DNA of 21,072 bases from IMG/VR virus record IMGVR_UViG_3300014625_000019; one strand, given 5' to 3'. Made by a program: the position numbers and the translations under genes. Positions 1 through 8,064 of this stretch are shown in pieces (positions within the stretch are counted from its first letter, which is position 1; each line of letters opens with the position of its first letter). The stretch is from a virus (lineage: Duplodnaviria > Heunggongvirae > Uroviricota > Caudoviricetes). Below the pieces are notes generated by a model. That model searched no databases. It saw nothing but the letters and a program-made list of their open reading frames with translations, and was not told the origin of the DNA.

Positions 1-60
1 TGATAGAAACAGAAGCCACTGGAGCACCTCAAAAACACCATCATACACTAAATCAGTAAG

Positions 61-471
61 TTGGCAGCATTACCTGGAAGCACTCCTTATTATCCTAAAA
101 CATACAGTTCACCAAGCTCATCAGGCTCATCCAATTCAGGTACAAATTCGCCATCGTCTTCTTCATCTGTTCGTTCGCTTCGCTCAAATGACACCGATGC
201 CTCTACGACCACAAACTCTGCTGGAATGAATGGAACTACTCGTGCAAGTAGTGGGCTGGCTTCTGATACTGAAAAGCGTAAGCGTTTGATCATGCGAGTG
301 CAGTTCGCATTACTGGATAAAGGGTTTTATAACGGCAATATAGACGGAAGTATGGGGCCTGCGACACGAACTGCTATCAAAAATTACAGAGTTGCATATG
401 GGCTTCCTACTCCAGTAAGAGAAACATTAGATGCTCAGTTATTGAACTCTTTGAATATACTTGCTCGTTAA
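61..471 (+). CDS. Small peptidoglycan-binding-domain protein (Ser-rich low-complexity linker, C-terminal PG_binding_1-like motif); start uncertain
   Basis: ORF bounded by in-frame stops at 1-6 and 49-51. C-terminal LLDKGFYNGNIDGSMGPATRTAIKNYRVAYGLPT fits the PG_binding_1 pattern (L-G-Y-x-G-x-x-D-G-x-x-G-x-x-T-x-x-A-I-x-x-F-Q-x-x-x-G-L). No ATG at the 5' end: candidate starts are TTG at 61 or ATG at 226. No obvious signal peptide. Confidence 0.45.
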   Translation: MAALPGSTPYYPKTYSSPSSSGSSNSGTNSPSSSSSVRSLRSNDTDASTTTNSAGMNGTTRASSGLASDTEKRKRLIMRVQFALLDKGFYNGNIDGSMGPATRTAIKNYRVAYGLPTPVRETLDAQLLNSLNILAR

Positions 472-489
472 AATATTAGGTAAAATAGA

Positions 490-2097
490 ATGAAGATAAA
501 ACTCTCTATTTATAAAACAAAAAGGTTTAGCGATGATATTGATCAGATTTTGAATTTGGAAAGGGTCAAAAGACCTGTTGAATTCGAGATGGAGGATGCA
601 CGAGCATATCTATATGTAAAGGAGTACATGGACCCAAAACCTCCTGAATGGACCACCTTTTTTATGGGCCAAAATCCTGGCATAGAACCTGATTTCTTCG
701 GTATGAATAGTAGCACAGGAGCAGTATTAGTTATTGAAGCTAACAATTCCAGATATCTTATTCCCTTTGGAACCGGTCATCACTTAATCAATGATGGCAG
801 CATTGTCAAAGGATTTGGGCTTAAAACAACTCTTAATAGTATAGAACATAAAAAAATTCGCAGTTTAGATAAAGGCAGTCACAACGAAACGAACCTGTTA
901 ACTCGCAGTCAGAGCAGTAAAGAAGTCGATATATACAACCTAAAAATAGATTCTGAGATGGATATTCTTACAACTCTCACAGGCACTTCGACAGAAGATA
1001 TTTTAGGAAGTAAAATTACTGGCAAAGATGCTTTTGTGATCATGCCGGATATTGAATTGAAGGCTATTCCAGCACTGTTGACCAAAATAGACTCTATTTA
1101 CTTATTACCTCTTCCTGAAGAATTCGAATGGGTTAACAATATCAAGGAGGCTGATGAACAAGAAGTTGAGATATTGGATTCGCTTTTGATTGATCGGATA
1201 AAGGAAAAAGACTTCAATGATTTATGGCTTGGAGAGCCAGAAATAGTAGACTGGGAAAATCAAATAGGCTATTGCTTTGATAAGAGACAAAGATTCATTC
1301 ATGAAACCTTATCAATATACCATGTTTGTGATTATTTTGATGGTAAGAAAACTGAAGTAACTGTTGATGAACTCAAAAAAAATTACCTGCATGTTTTGAA
1401 TGCCGATTTTGAATCAATAAAAAAATGGTCTTTATATAGGTGCCTCTATGCCGAGATAAAAGAAGGTGATCAGAACTATATTCTTCGAGACTCTATATGG
1501 TATGTTGCAGATAGGAATTTTGTATCGACTATTGATGATGAAATGAAAAAAATAATTCATTATGAGGAGTCGGACAAATTCCCTGTATATTCATATAAAC
1601 GAGAGGAGGATTATAATAAAAAACTTTGCCAAGATGATAATTCCTTTACACACATGGATCAGAAATTCATTCATCATGGTGGTGGTAAAAGTAAGATTGA
1701 ATTTTGTGATCTTATCAGAGGTCAATCAGATTTTATCCATGTAAAATATTATACTGGTTCGCAAAGTATGAGCCATCTTTTTTCACAAGGATTTATAGGT
1801 TCTGAACTTTTTATAAGTGACTCTGAATTTCGAGGCAAACTTAATGAGAAACTGCCTGCTCATATAAAATTAGCCGATCATATAAATAGACCAGATGCTA
1901 AAAAATATAAACTAGTTTTCGCCATAGCTTCTAATAAAAATCTTCCCGAAGATTTACCTTTGTTTTCTAAAGTAAACTTAAAAAATTTCCACAAGAGTAT
2001 TACCAATTTTGGGTATGAGGTCAGGATCTGCAAAATTGCTGTGGACCCAGATATTTATAAAAAGAAGCTATGTAAACCACAAAAGAACAAGCTTTAA
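490..2097 (+). CDS. Hypothetical protein, 535 aa, lysine-rich, AT-rich codon usage, no recognisable catalytic motif
   Basis: Long uninterrupted ORF with an ATG start and a weak SD (AGGT) about 9 nt upstream. No convincing Walker A, PLD HKD or canonical PD-(D/E)xK signature found by eye (PDIELK at the VIMPDIELK segment is too compact to be canonical). No transmembrane segments. Confidence 0.7.
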   Translation: MKIKLSIYKTKRFSDDIDQILNLERVKRPVEFEMEDARAYLYVKEYMDPKPPEWTTFFMGQNPGIEPDFFGMNSSTGAVLVIEANNSRYLIPFGTGHHLINDGSIVKGFGLKTTLNSIEHKKIRSLDKGSHNETNLLTRSQSSKEVDIYNLKIDSEMDILTTLTGTSTEDILGSKITGKDAFVIMPDIELKAIPALLTKIDSIYLLPLPEEFEWVNNIKEADEQEVEILDSLLIDRIKEKDFNDLWLGEPEIVDWENQIGYCFDKRQRFIHETLSIYHVCDYFDGKKTEVTVDELKKNYLHVLNADFESIKKWSLYRCLYAEIKEGDQNYILRDSIWYVADRNFVSTIDDEMKKIIHYEESDKFPVYSYKREEDYNKKLCQDDNSFTHMDQKFIHHGGGKSKIEFCDLIRGQSDFIHVKYYTGSQSMSHLFSQGFIGSELFISDSEFRGKLNEKLPAHIKLADHINRPDAKKYKLVFAIASNKNLPEDLPLFSKVNLKNFHKSITNFGYEVRICKIAVDPDIYKKKLCKPQKNKL

Positions 2098-2253
2098 ATA
2101 AATTTTTCAATGCCAGAGACGTTTGCCAGTTCATGCAGAAAATCGCTTTTGTAAGTTACAGCCCATGTATCTTGGTTTAGAACAAAGTGATGTCAAAAAA
2201 GGTTTATGTCTTGGTGGATAAGGGGCTGGGAGATTTAACCCCTTATAGAGTTG

Positions 2254-2466
2254 TTATGCCGCAATAGCTTTAAATTTTTGAGCAATGACATAATCACTCC
2301 ACCACTGCATGAGAATCACTCGTTCTGCCAGATATTCCGGGCGATTGTAAGCTGCAATTATTTCATCTTTCTTCGAGTGGGCAAGGGCCGCTTCTAAGAC
2401 ACCAGTCCTGAACTTACCAGATTCGTCTGTCGCCGTTCTCACAATAGATCTCATTCTGTTAACCAT
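2254..2466 (-). pseudogene. 3'-terminal remnant of a P4-type tyrosine integrase (about 70 codons, N-terminal about 340 codons missing)
   Basis: Translation MRSIVRTATDESGKFRTGVLEAALAHSKKDEIIAAYNRPEYLAERVILMQWWSDYVIAQKFKAIAA aligns almost residue-for-residue with the C-terminus of the intact integrase at 6212-7441. Nucleotide similarity decays upstream of about 2470. Confidence 0.6.
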
Positions 2467-2593
2467 AAGTTCACCTCCTTAAACCGTTCGAATGATTACG
2501 GCTTATACTGCCTACTTATGCTAATATCTAAGAGAAGCCATTATGGTTGTGTAAGTATACTTCATGGTTTATTTCGGATATATAAAACCATAC

Positions 2594-3490
2594 CTATGAC
2601 TGGCTGTTTTCAGCAAGAGTCTTATCATCTAAAGAATTTATTTTCGAAATTCTTTTTAACTCATTAAGATAATCAACCTCGTTTTCCAAGAACCAATGAA
2701 GAACTTTAGAGTTACCAAGTAATTTAATAATATATGACTGGATTATAACGAATTTCAACATATCTGAACCATACTCGGTTTGAAGCTTTTTTGTTTCTTC
2801 CGAAGTTGTTGCCATTTCCTGTTCCAGACGAAGTATGGTTTTTTTTATGTCCTTTTTATAGGGAGTGTTTTTCCCTTTATTTATTATCATCGATGCCGGT
2901 GTTGCATCCAAGATGCTCATTGCAAATTTTTTACTATAATTATCAAAATTAATCATTGTACCGACTGCTTCAATTTGACGAATTGGTTTCATTTTCCTCA
3001 AAACATCAAATGTAGCCTTAGGTATTGGTTTATCAGAAAGTTTCGCAATCACACTTGGATCTATACCGTTCATCACATTAGCTTTATCTTTTATAGCATC
3101 AATAGATATGCCCAAAGCAGCACTAAGTTTTTCAATTGAAACTTTTGCTAAGGACTTGATTATCATTCTATGTTCTTCAACTACATTTATATGATTGACT
3201 TGTTTGTTAGGAGTGAACGCATCATCTATGCTCGAAAGTATACATGGAGCTTTTTCTATGCCTAAATCTTTTAAAGCCTCAACCCTCAAATGGCCATCGA
3301 GTATCTTAATGGCATCTTTATCTTTGTCATAGAACACTATTATTGGTTCAATAATACCTAAGCTTTCAATTGAGGTAACTATTTGATGGTATTTATGACT
3401 TAGCTTTACATTTTCTAACAATTCCTTAGAGGGAATTAACTTGTTAGTTTCTAAATAAATAAAATTGTCGCCAAAACGTATCTGAATCAT
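2594..3490 (-). CDS. ParB/Srx-fold DNA-binding protein (ParB-like N-terminal domain with LDGHLRVEA box, predicted HTH), 298 aa
   Basis: Start codon overlaps the stop of the upstream gene (ATGA at 3487-3490). Motif IIVFYDKDKDAIKILDGHLRVEALKDLG resembles the ParB/Srx G-x-x-R-x-x-A box. Helix-turn-helix-like segment SIEKLSAALGISIDAIKDK. Confidence 0.6.
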   Translation of the reverse strand: MIQIRFGDNFIYLETNKLIPSKELLENVKLSHKYHQIVTSIESLGIIEPIIVFYDKDKDAIKILDGHLRVEALKDLGIEKAPCILSSIDDAFTPNKQVNHINVVEEHRMIIKSLAKVSIEKLSAALGISIDAIKDKANVMNGIDPSVIAKLSDKPIPKATFDVLRKMKPIRQIEAVGTMINFDNYSKKFAMSILDATPASMIINKGKNTPYKKDIKKTILRLEQEMATTSEETKKLQTEYGSDMLKFVIIQSYIIKLLGNSKVLHWFLENEVDYLNELKRISKINSLDDKTLAENSQS

Positions 3491-4383
3491 TTTGATGCCT
3501 CTTTGTTTATTGGATTGAGGATCTGAGATGGCTGTTCTGATAGATTCTCTTGTTCAAGTATATTTTGAAAGCTTTTATTCATCATTATGATGTTAAAAAT
3601 CTCATTTACTATCAGCAAATTAGTTTTAATAAATTTAGAGTTGTTATAAACAGATTTATGTTCAGCGATACTATTTTCATAAAGCTCAATTAACTCCTCA
3701 GCAGTCATTCTTTTTGATGGTTTGTGATAATAAAACCCGGCTGCTTTTGCACCTTTATTCCCAATTGTTCGCTGATTTAGAATGTGTTTTATCTTTATAA
3801 TGTCTCGGCTTTTTATTAATTTTTTATCATATGCTTCGGTAAGAATATCTTGTGCTTCTTCAGTTTCACATCTTGCAAATTGCACTGCGAGATACAGAGG
3901 CAAATTCCCCCGTTCGACTGCAGAGAGAAGTTTATGCTCTCCCTTATCAAGAAGCATATTTATACTGCTCACCCAGTTCGATGAATACCCAGTAATCTCA
4001 CTTATTTCGGAGTCTGAAAGTCCTCTGTTTTTCATATCTTTTATTATCTGTAATAACTCATTGGAACGTGGTCTCCTCCTTGCAATGTTTTCAACCAAAC
4101 TCATAACATAAGCATCTTCTTCTGATACATCTCTTATAATTGCAGGAATAATGGTCTCACCTAATGCAACGAGAGCCTCTATTCTCCCTTGGCCACAAAT
4201 TAAAGCATATTTGAAGTCGTCTTCATCAATCGCTCTTACGCTTATAGGCTTGCTTAATCCTCTTTTTTTTATGCTTTCCTTAATTTCTTCATGCACTACC
4301 TTATTTCTAGTGCGCGGGTTAAGAAATTTTATTTTGGCAATTTCAATTTGGATTATTGGGAATTCATTTGATTCAGGCAGCAT
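3487..4383 (-). CDS. ParB/Srx-fold DNA-binding protein (ISVRAIDEDDFKYALICGQGRIEA box, predicted HTH), 298 aa; paralogue of the downstream gene
   Basis: Start overlaps the 3' end of the recombinase gene by 11 nt. SD-like GAGGG upstream of the ATG. ParB-like box ICGQGRIEALVALG. HTH-like LSDSEISEITGYSSNWVSSI. Confidence 0.6.
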   Translation of the reverse strand: MLPESNEFPIIQIEIAKIKFLNPRTRNKVVHEEIKESIKKRGLSKPISVRAIDEDDFKYALICGQGRIEALVALGETIIPAIIRDVSEEDAYVMSLVENIARRRPRSNELLQIIKDMKNRGLSDSEISEITGYSSNWVSSINMLLDKGEHKLLSAVERGNLPLYLAVQFARCETEEAQDILTEAYDKKLIKSRDIIKIKHILNQRTIGNKGAKAAGFYYHKPSKRMTAEELIELYENSIAEHKSVYNNSKFIKTNLLIVNEIFNIIMMNKSFQNILEQENLSEQPSQILNPINKEASK

Positions 4384-5929
4384 ATAGTTCCCTCACTTTC
4401 ATTCGAGTAATAATTTGTAGAAGTTTATCCAGATTATCAAATCTATAGAGATCTAATCGAATGTTGTTTGTTTCCGTCATGCACATTTTACTATATTCGT
4501 TTTCAATCTTTGGTATGATATAAAAATCAAGTGGTGTAATATTTTGTGAATCCATTCGTATAACAATTGTTATGTCTGCTTTCTGTGAGTTATCAAACCG
4601 GACTTTCCATCTAAGTTTACCCGATTTCATATGTGTGCATTTGGTAATAAGGACGGAAATTAAAAACTCATCATTGATGTAAAGCATTGGTGCATATTTA
4701 TATTCGTCTATATAGCAGTTGCTTTTTATAATTCCCCCCTTAAAATCCTCAATTATGCCTGAGTAAAATGATCTTAGTGCTTCATTTATTTGGATATAGC
4801 TGTAATCATGTTCTGGCTTATAACCAATCAAAGTATATGCTCTTAAAAGACCACCAAATCGGGTTCTGTAAACAGAAGATGAAGGGCCTGTATCATCTTC
4901 ATCAATGATAAAGCCAGATAGTTTTCCATTAGTTTCTAATTTTTGTTTTAGCTTTTCTAAAAGCTCTTCATTAGTCAAATGTACGGATCGGAGCTGAATT
5001 ATTTCTTGAGCTTTATTATATTTTTTCTTTGAAATAATGGGTTTGTATGCCTTGTCGCATCTAACCCATTCATTTTTTGGGTTTTTTACAAGCCTACTTT
5101 TTAGTTTAGATGAGGTTTTGTTATATATGTTATTTCCAATATATTTTTCATTTGTTAAGATTTGATGTATTTTTGCACGAGTCCATAATGTTCCATTTTC
5201 TGCAGGTATATTCTGTTCGTTTAGTCTCTCAGCAATAATGAATTCTGGCATGTTATCATCTATAAAGAGATCATAGATGCTATTTACAATTTTTATCTCA
5301 TTTTTTGGTCCAGGAATTAATATTACCCTATCTGTTTGAATACTCTTTCTTTTGCGGAAGCCCAATATTTCTTTAGCTATGCCATTTTCATCTACTAAAA
5401 GACGTCTCAGCCCATAACCAGCCATTCCGCCTTGATGATAACCAAGCTTTATTAAATTTACTTGCCCTATAAATACCTTTTCTGATAAATTCCTGCTGTG
5501 ATATGCAGCACTAGATCTTTTTATGTTCAGTATAACAGAAGACTCTAAAGGGAAATCTTTAGTGGGAATAGGTTCAGAACAGTATATAAGATCTACACCG
5601 TTTCTCTCAAATAGAAAGGAATAATATGCAGCTTCATCACTATTTTGAAAACGACCAAAACGGCTCACATCATAAAATAATACAGCCTGTATATCTATTT
5701 TCTTTTGTTCTACATCACTAAGTAACTGCTGCAAAGAATGCCGGCCTATGATACTGACTCCGCTCTTACCTGCATCATCGTAGGTATAAGCGATTTCCAT
5801 ATTGTTCTTTTCAGCATAATCTTTGATATATTCGGACTGATTATGTAAAGAATATTGCTGATGGTCGGTAGACATCCTCAAGTACTGTGCGACCCTAACT
5901 TTATGATTTTTATCATTTTCTCTAGCCAT
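4373..5929 (-). CDS. Large serine recombinase (resolvase/invertase-type catalytic domain plus recombinase domain), 518 aa
   Basis: N-terminal YLRMSTDHQ motif with the catalytic serine, followed by the DDAGKSG and VSRFGR motifs of the resolvase domain. Recombinase-domain-like WTRAKIHQILTNEKYIGNNIY. SD GAGG about 8 nt upstream of the ATG. No CxxC pairs seen in the C-terminal region. Confidence 0.8.
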   Translation of the reverse strand: MARENDKNHKVRVAQYLRMSTDHQQYSLHNQSEYIKDYAEKNNMEIAYTYDDAGKSGVSIIGRHSLQQLLSDVEQKKIDIQAVLFYDVSRFGRFQNSDEAAYYSFLFERNGVDLIYCSEPIPTKDFPLESSVILNIKRSSAAYHSRNLSEKVFIGQVNLIKLGYHQGGMAGYGLRRLLVDENGIAKEILGFRKRKSIQTDRVILIPGPKNEIKIVNSIYDLFIDDNMPEFIIAERLNEQNIPAENGTLWTRAKIHQILTNEKYIGNNIYNKTSSKLKSRLVKNPKNEWVRCDKAYKPIISKKKYNKAQEIIQLRSVHLTNEELLEKLKQKLETNGKLSGFIIDEDDTGPSSSVYRTRFGGLLRAYTLIGYKPEHDYSYIQINEALRSFYSGIIEDFKGGIIKSNCYIDEYKYAPMLYINDEFLISVLITKCTHMKSGKLRWKVRFDNSQKADITIVIRMDSQNITPLDFYIIPKIENEYSKMCMTETNNIRLDLYRFDNLDKLLQIITRMKVRELYAA

Positions 5930-6211
5930 GCACGAAACCTCATGGATGATTCAATACAATGTAGAGAATAAAATTGATCAATTTTTAACCAAATTCAACT
6001 CTTTTATCATCGATTAGAGCGAATTTGGTAAATCTTCGAGGTGTATGATAATCGAGAAGAGATGTGAATTATTTAGCTGATATGATCTACAGCTTTCGTT
6101 ATGTGGCCTCAAGGTAGTCATTCGTAAATGGCTATGCTTAGTCCACATAGGTTTATAGTGTGATTATTAATTCTTTAACTAAATCAAGATAGTTAACCCA
6201 TCATGGAAGAG

Positions 6212-7441
6212 TTATGCGGCAATAATTTTGTATTTTTGAGACGAAACAAAGTCACTCCACCACTGCATGAGAATCACCCGTTCTGTGAGATACTCTGCAC
6301 GATTGTAGGCTGCAATTATTTCATCTTTCTTCGAGTGGGCAAGGGCGGCTTCTAAGACATCAGTCCTAAATTTGCCAGACTCCTCCGCAGCCGTTCTGGC
6401 GATTGATCGCATACCGTGAGCTACAAGCTCACCTCCGAAACCCATACGGATTATGGCCGCATTAGCTGTTTGTTCATGCATGTGATTGAGTGGAGCTTTG
6501 ATACTGGGGAAAACCCACTCTCTATGCCCACTGATGGCTTTCATTAAATCCAAAACTCGCAAAGCTTCTTTGCTCAGTGGAACTTTGTGAGGCTTCTTCA
6601 TTTTCATAAACTCCGCTGGGATGTTCCACATGCCAGTTTCAATATCAATATCTGACCATCTTGTGCGAACAGCCTCACCAGGACGAACCCAAGTTAGCAA
6701 TTGCCATTCAATCAGCAATCGTGTCTCCATACGGACTGATGCGTTGTTTAACACTGTAAGGAAGCGGGGGAGTTCGGTTGGGGGCAGGGCTGGCATGTTC
6801 TGTTTCTTCGGCTTACTAAATCTCTGGGCAAGATTGTCAGCCGGATTGAATTCTATGAGTTCTTCTGTTGCTGCATAGCGGAAAATTTCATTCAGGCGGG
6901 ATATGATGCGGCGAAGTGTTTCAAGGACACCTCGTTTTTCTATGGGGTCTAAATGCTGTTTAAGCATTTTAGGCCGAATCTCTTTAATGGGAGTATCACC
7001 CAATGTGGGAAAGATATTTCTCTCCAGGCTTCGCCAGATGTCTTCTGCATGGTCTTGTGAGATACCTGAGGTCTTTACCTTCTCGTCCAACCATTTCCTT
7101 GCTACGGCTTGAAGAGTGTGTTCAATAGCACTCTTTAATGCCTTCGCCTTATTATTGTTATGGACTTGGGGATCAACACCATTTGCCAGTAAGGAGAGAT
7201 TTTCATCTCGTAAGGCTCTGGCTTTTGCAAGGGTAAGGTGAGGATAGGTCCCAAGGCTCATTTTTGTTCTTTTCTTGCTTACTGGTACTGCATACCTGAA
7301 ATACCAATTTTTCTTGCCACCTTTCGCCAAAGGAGCGATTCGTAGAATCAAACCATCCCCGTCGAACAAGTTGATTTCTTTATCGGCTGGCTTGGTGCTT
7401 TTGATTTCAGTGTCAGTGAGTTTCTTAGCGATTTTTGCCAT
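6212..7441 (-). CDS. int: P4-type tyrosine integrase (site-specific recombinase, tRNA/tmRNA-targeting family), 409 aa
   Basis: N-terminal arm-binding-like segment (LFDGDGLILRIAPLAKGGKKNWYFRY). C-terminal catalytic region with the R...H-x-x-R...Y arrangement (HGMRSIARTAA, AAYNRAEY). Architecture parallels CP4-57 IntA as I recall it. Lies directly next to the ssrA 3'-end fragment. Confidence 0.85.
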   Translation of the reverse strand: MAKIAKKLTDTEIKSTKPADKEINLFDGDGLILRIAPLAKGGKKNWYFRYAVPVSKKRTKMSLGTYPHLTLAKARALRDENLSLLANGVDPQVHNNNKAKALKSAIEHTLQAVARKWLDEKVKTSGISQDHAEDIWRSLERNIFPTLGDTPIKEIRPKMLKQHLDPIEKRGVLETLRRIISRLNEIFRYAATEELIEFNPADNLAQRFSKPKKQNMPALPPTELPRFLTVLNNASVRMETRLLIEWQLLTWVRPGEAVRTRWSDIDIETGMWNIPAEFMKMKKPHKVPLSKEALRVLDLMKAISGHREWVFPSIKAPLNHMHEQTANAAIIRMGFGGELVAHGMRSIARTAAEESGKFRTDVLEAALAHSKKDEIIAAYNRAEYLTERVILMQWWSDFVSSQKYKIIAA

Positions 7442-7537
7442 TTGGGACCCTCGGTTTTTGGACCCATCTTAGAGGGTCCCATTCAGGGTGCCATAACTTA
7501 TAGTTCTCAGCAATTCGCACTGGACGACAATAGACGT

Positions 7538-7570
7538 AAAAAAGCCCGCAGAGCTTGTGCTGTGCGGGCT
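7538..7570 (-). terminator. Rho-independent terminator (GC-rich hairpin plus T-run on the minus strand) downstream of the ssrA fragment
   Basis: Minus strand reads AAGCCCGCACAGCACAAGCTCTGCGGGCTTTTTT: a 7-bp GC-rich stem (7544-7550 with 7563-7569) followed by six T. Confidence 0.5.
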
Positions 7571-7605
7571 TAGTAGACTTCATTGTACTTCAAACAACTA
7601 AAAAG

Positions 7606-7637
7606 TGGTGGAGCTGGCGGGAGTTGAACCCGTGTCC
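7606..7637 (-). other. ssrA: 3'-terminal fragment of ssrA (tmRNA): T-arm, acceptor 3' strand and CCA; putative att core / junction repeat
   Basis: Reverse complement GGACACGGGTTCAACTCCCGCCAGCTCCACCA matches my recollection of the E. coli tmRNA 3' end (GGACGCGGGTTCAACTCCCGCCAGCTCCACCA) at 31 of 32 positions. Sequence further 5' in RNA sense (window coordinates above 7637) does not continue as tmRNA, so this is a fragment, not a gene. Confidence 0.55.
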
Positions 7638-8064
7638 ATAGTTATGTAATTCATTGAATTTAAATAGCCAAATATTGTTGATTTTACAAGCGGCTCTTTT
7701 GCGGAACTTTTTCTGTCCTGTTACTGTCTTACTATTTATTTTAAAATAGTTTCATTTGGAATTAATGGTTTGTGGTTGCAGTTTCGGAGATAGATAGCAT
7801 TTTTTGCTAAAAAATATTTTTATAAAAAAATGTGTGTAAAAATGATGTTATGCACAGATTTATGCACAGAGGCTTTGTGATAAACCAGATTGTTTTGGAT
7901 AAGTTTGTTTTTTTGTGATTTGTCAACAATATTATTGACTCTTGTTACTAAAGTGAGTGTTTTCTAAGGTGGTCAGAAGTTGTCCCTTCATGTAATCTTA
8001 TTAGCCATAAAGAACAAAAAATAATTCAACATCATTACCAACTATTTGTAAGATAAGGTTTTTA

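Noticed and set aside
90-293. Minus-strand 67-aa acidic ORF
   Set aside because: Antisense to the Ser-rich tract of the PG-binding-domain gene. Its Glu/Asp-rich low-complexity translation is the codon mirror of the Ser-rich tract, and it has no start signals.
543-1744. Short ORFs 543-746 (-) and 1562-1744 (+) inside the 535-aa gene
   Set aside because: Fully nested in or antisense to a much longer coherent ORF. Translations are hydrophobic and Ile/Phe-rich, typical of AT-rich out-of-frame reading.
490-2097. Walker A, PLD (HKD) or PD-(D/E)xK nuclease motifs in the 535-aa protein
   Set aside because: HHGGGKSK lacks the G-x4-GK[ST] spacing. IHVKYY lacks the downstream Asp and GSxN of the HKD motif. 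PDIELK has the acidic and Lys residues too close to the first Asp for a canonical PD-(D/E)xK site. No family call made.
2540-2600. Hairpin ATGGTTT...AAACCAT downstream of the second ParB-like gene as a terminator
   Set aside because: No T-run follows on the relevant strand and the loop is 14 nt, so I did not annotate it. Its position is approximately 2545-2572.
2780-4387. Plus-strand ORFs 2780-3139, 3782-4111 and 4151-4387
   Set aside because: Antisense to the ParB-like and recombinase genes. Cys/Phe-rich translations with no start signals, so chance ORFs in AT-rich DNA.
6621-7472. Plus-strand ORFs antisense to the P4-type integrase
   Set aside because: Nested in a well-supported integrase CDS on the opposite strand. 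Arg/Ser-rich, non-protein-like translations.
7606-7637. A complete ssrA (tmRNA) gene
   Set aside because: Only the terminal 32 nt match tmRNA. The adjacent sequence that should hold the tmRNA body is an unrelated AT-rich spacer, so I annotated a fragment/att core instead.
7919-7963. Sigma-70 promoter for the moron operon (TTGACT at 7935-7940, TTGTCA at 7920-7925)
   Set aside because: Reasonable -35-like hexamers are present, but no convincing -10 element at proper spacing, so I did not annotate a promoter.
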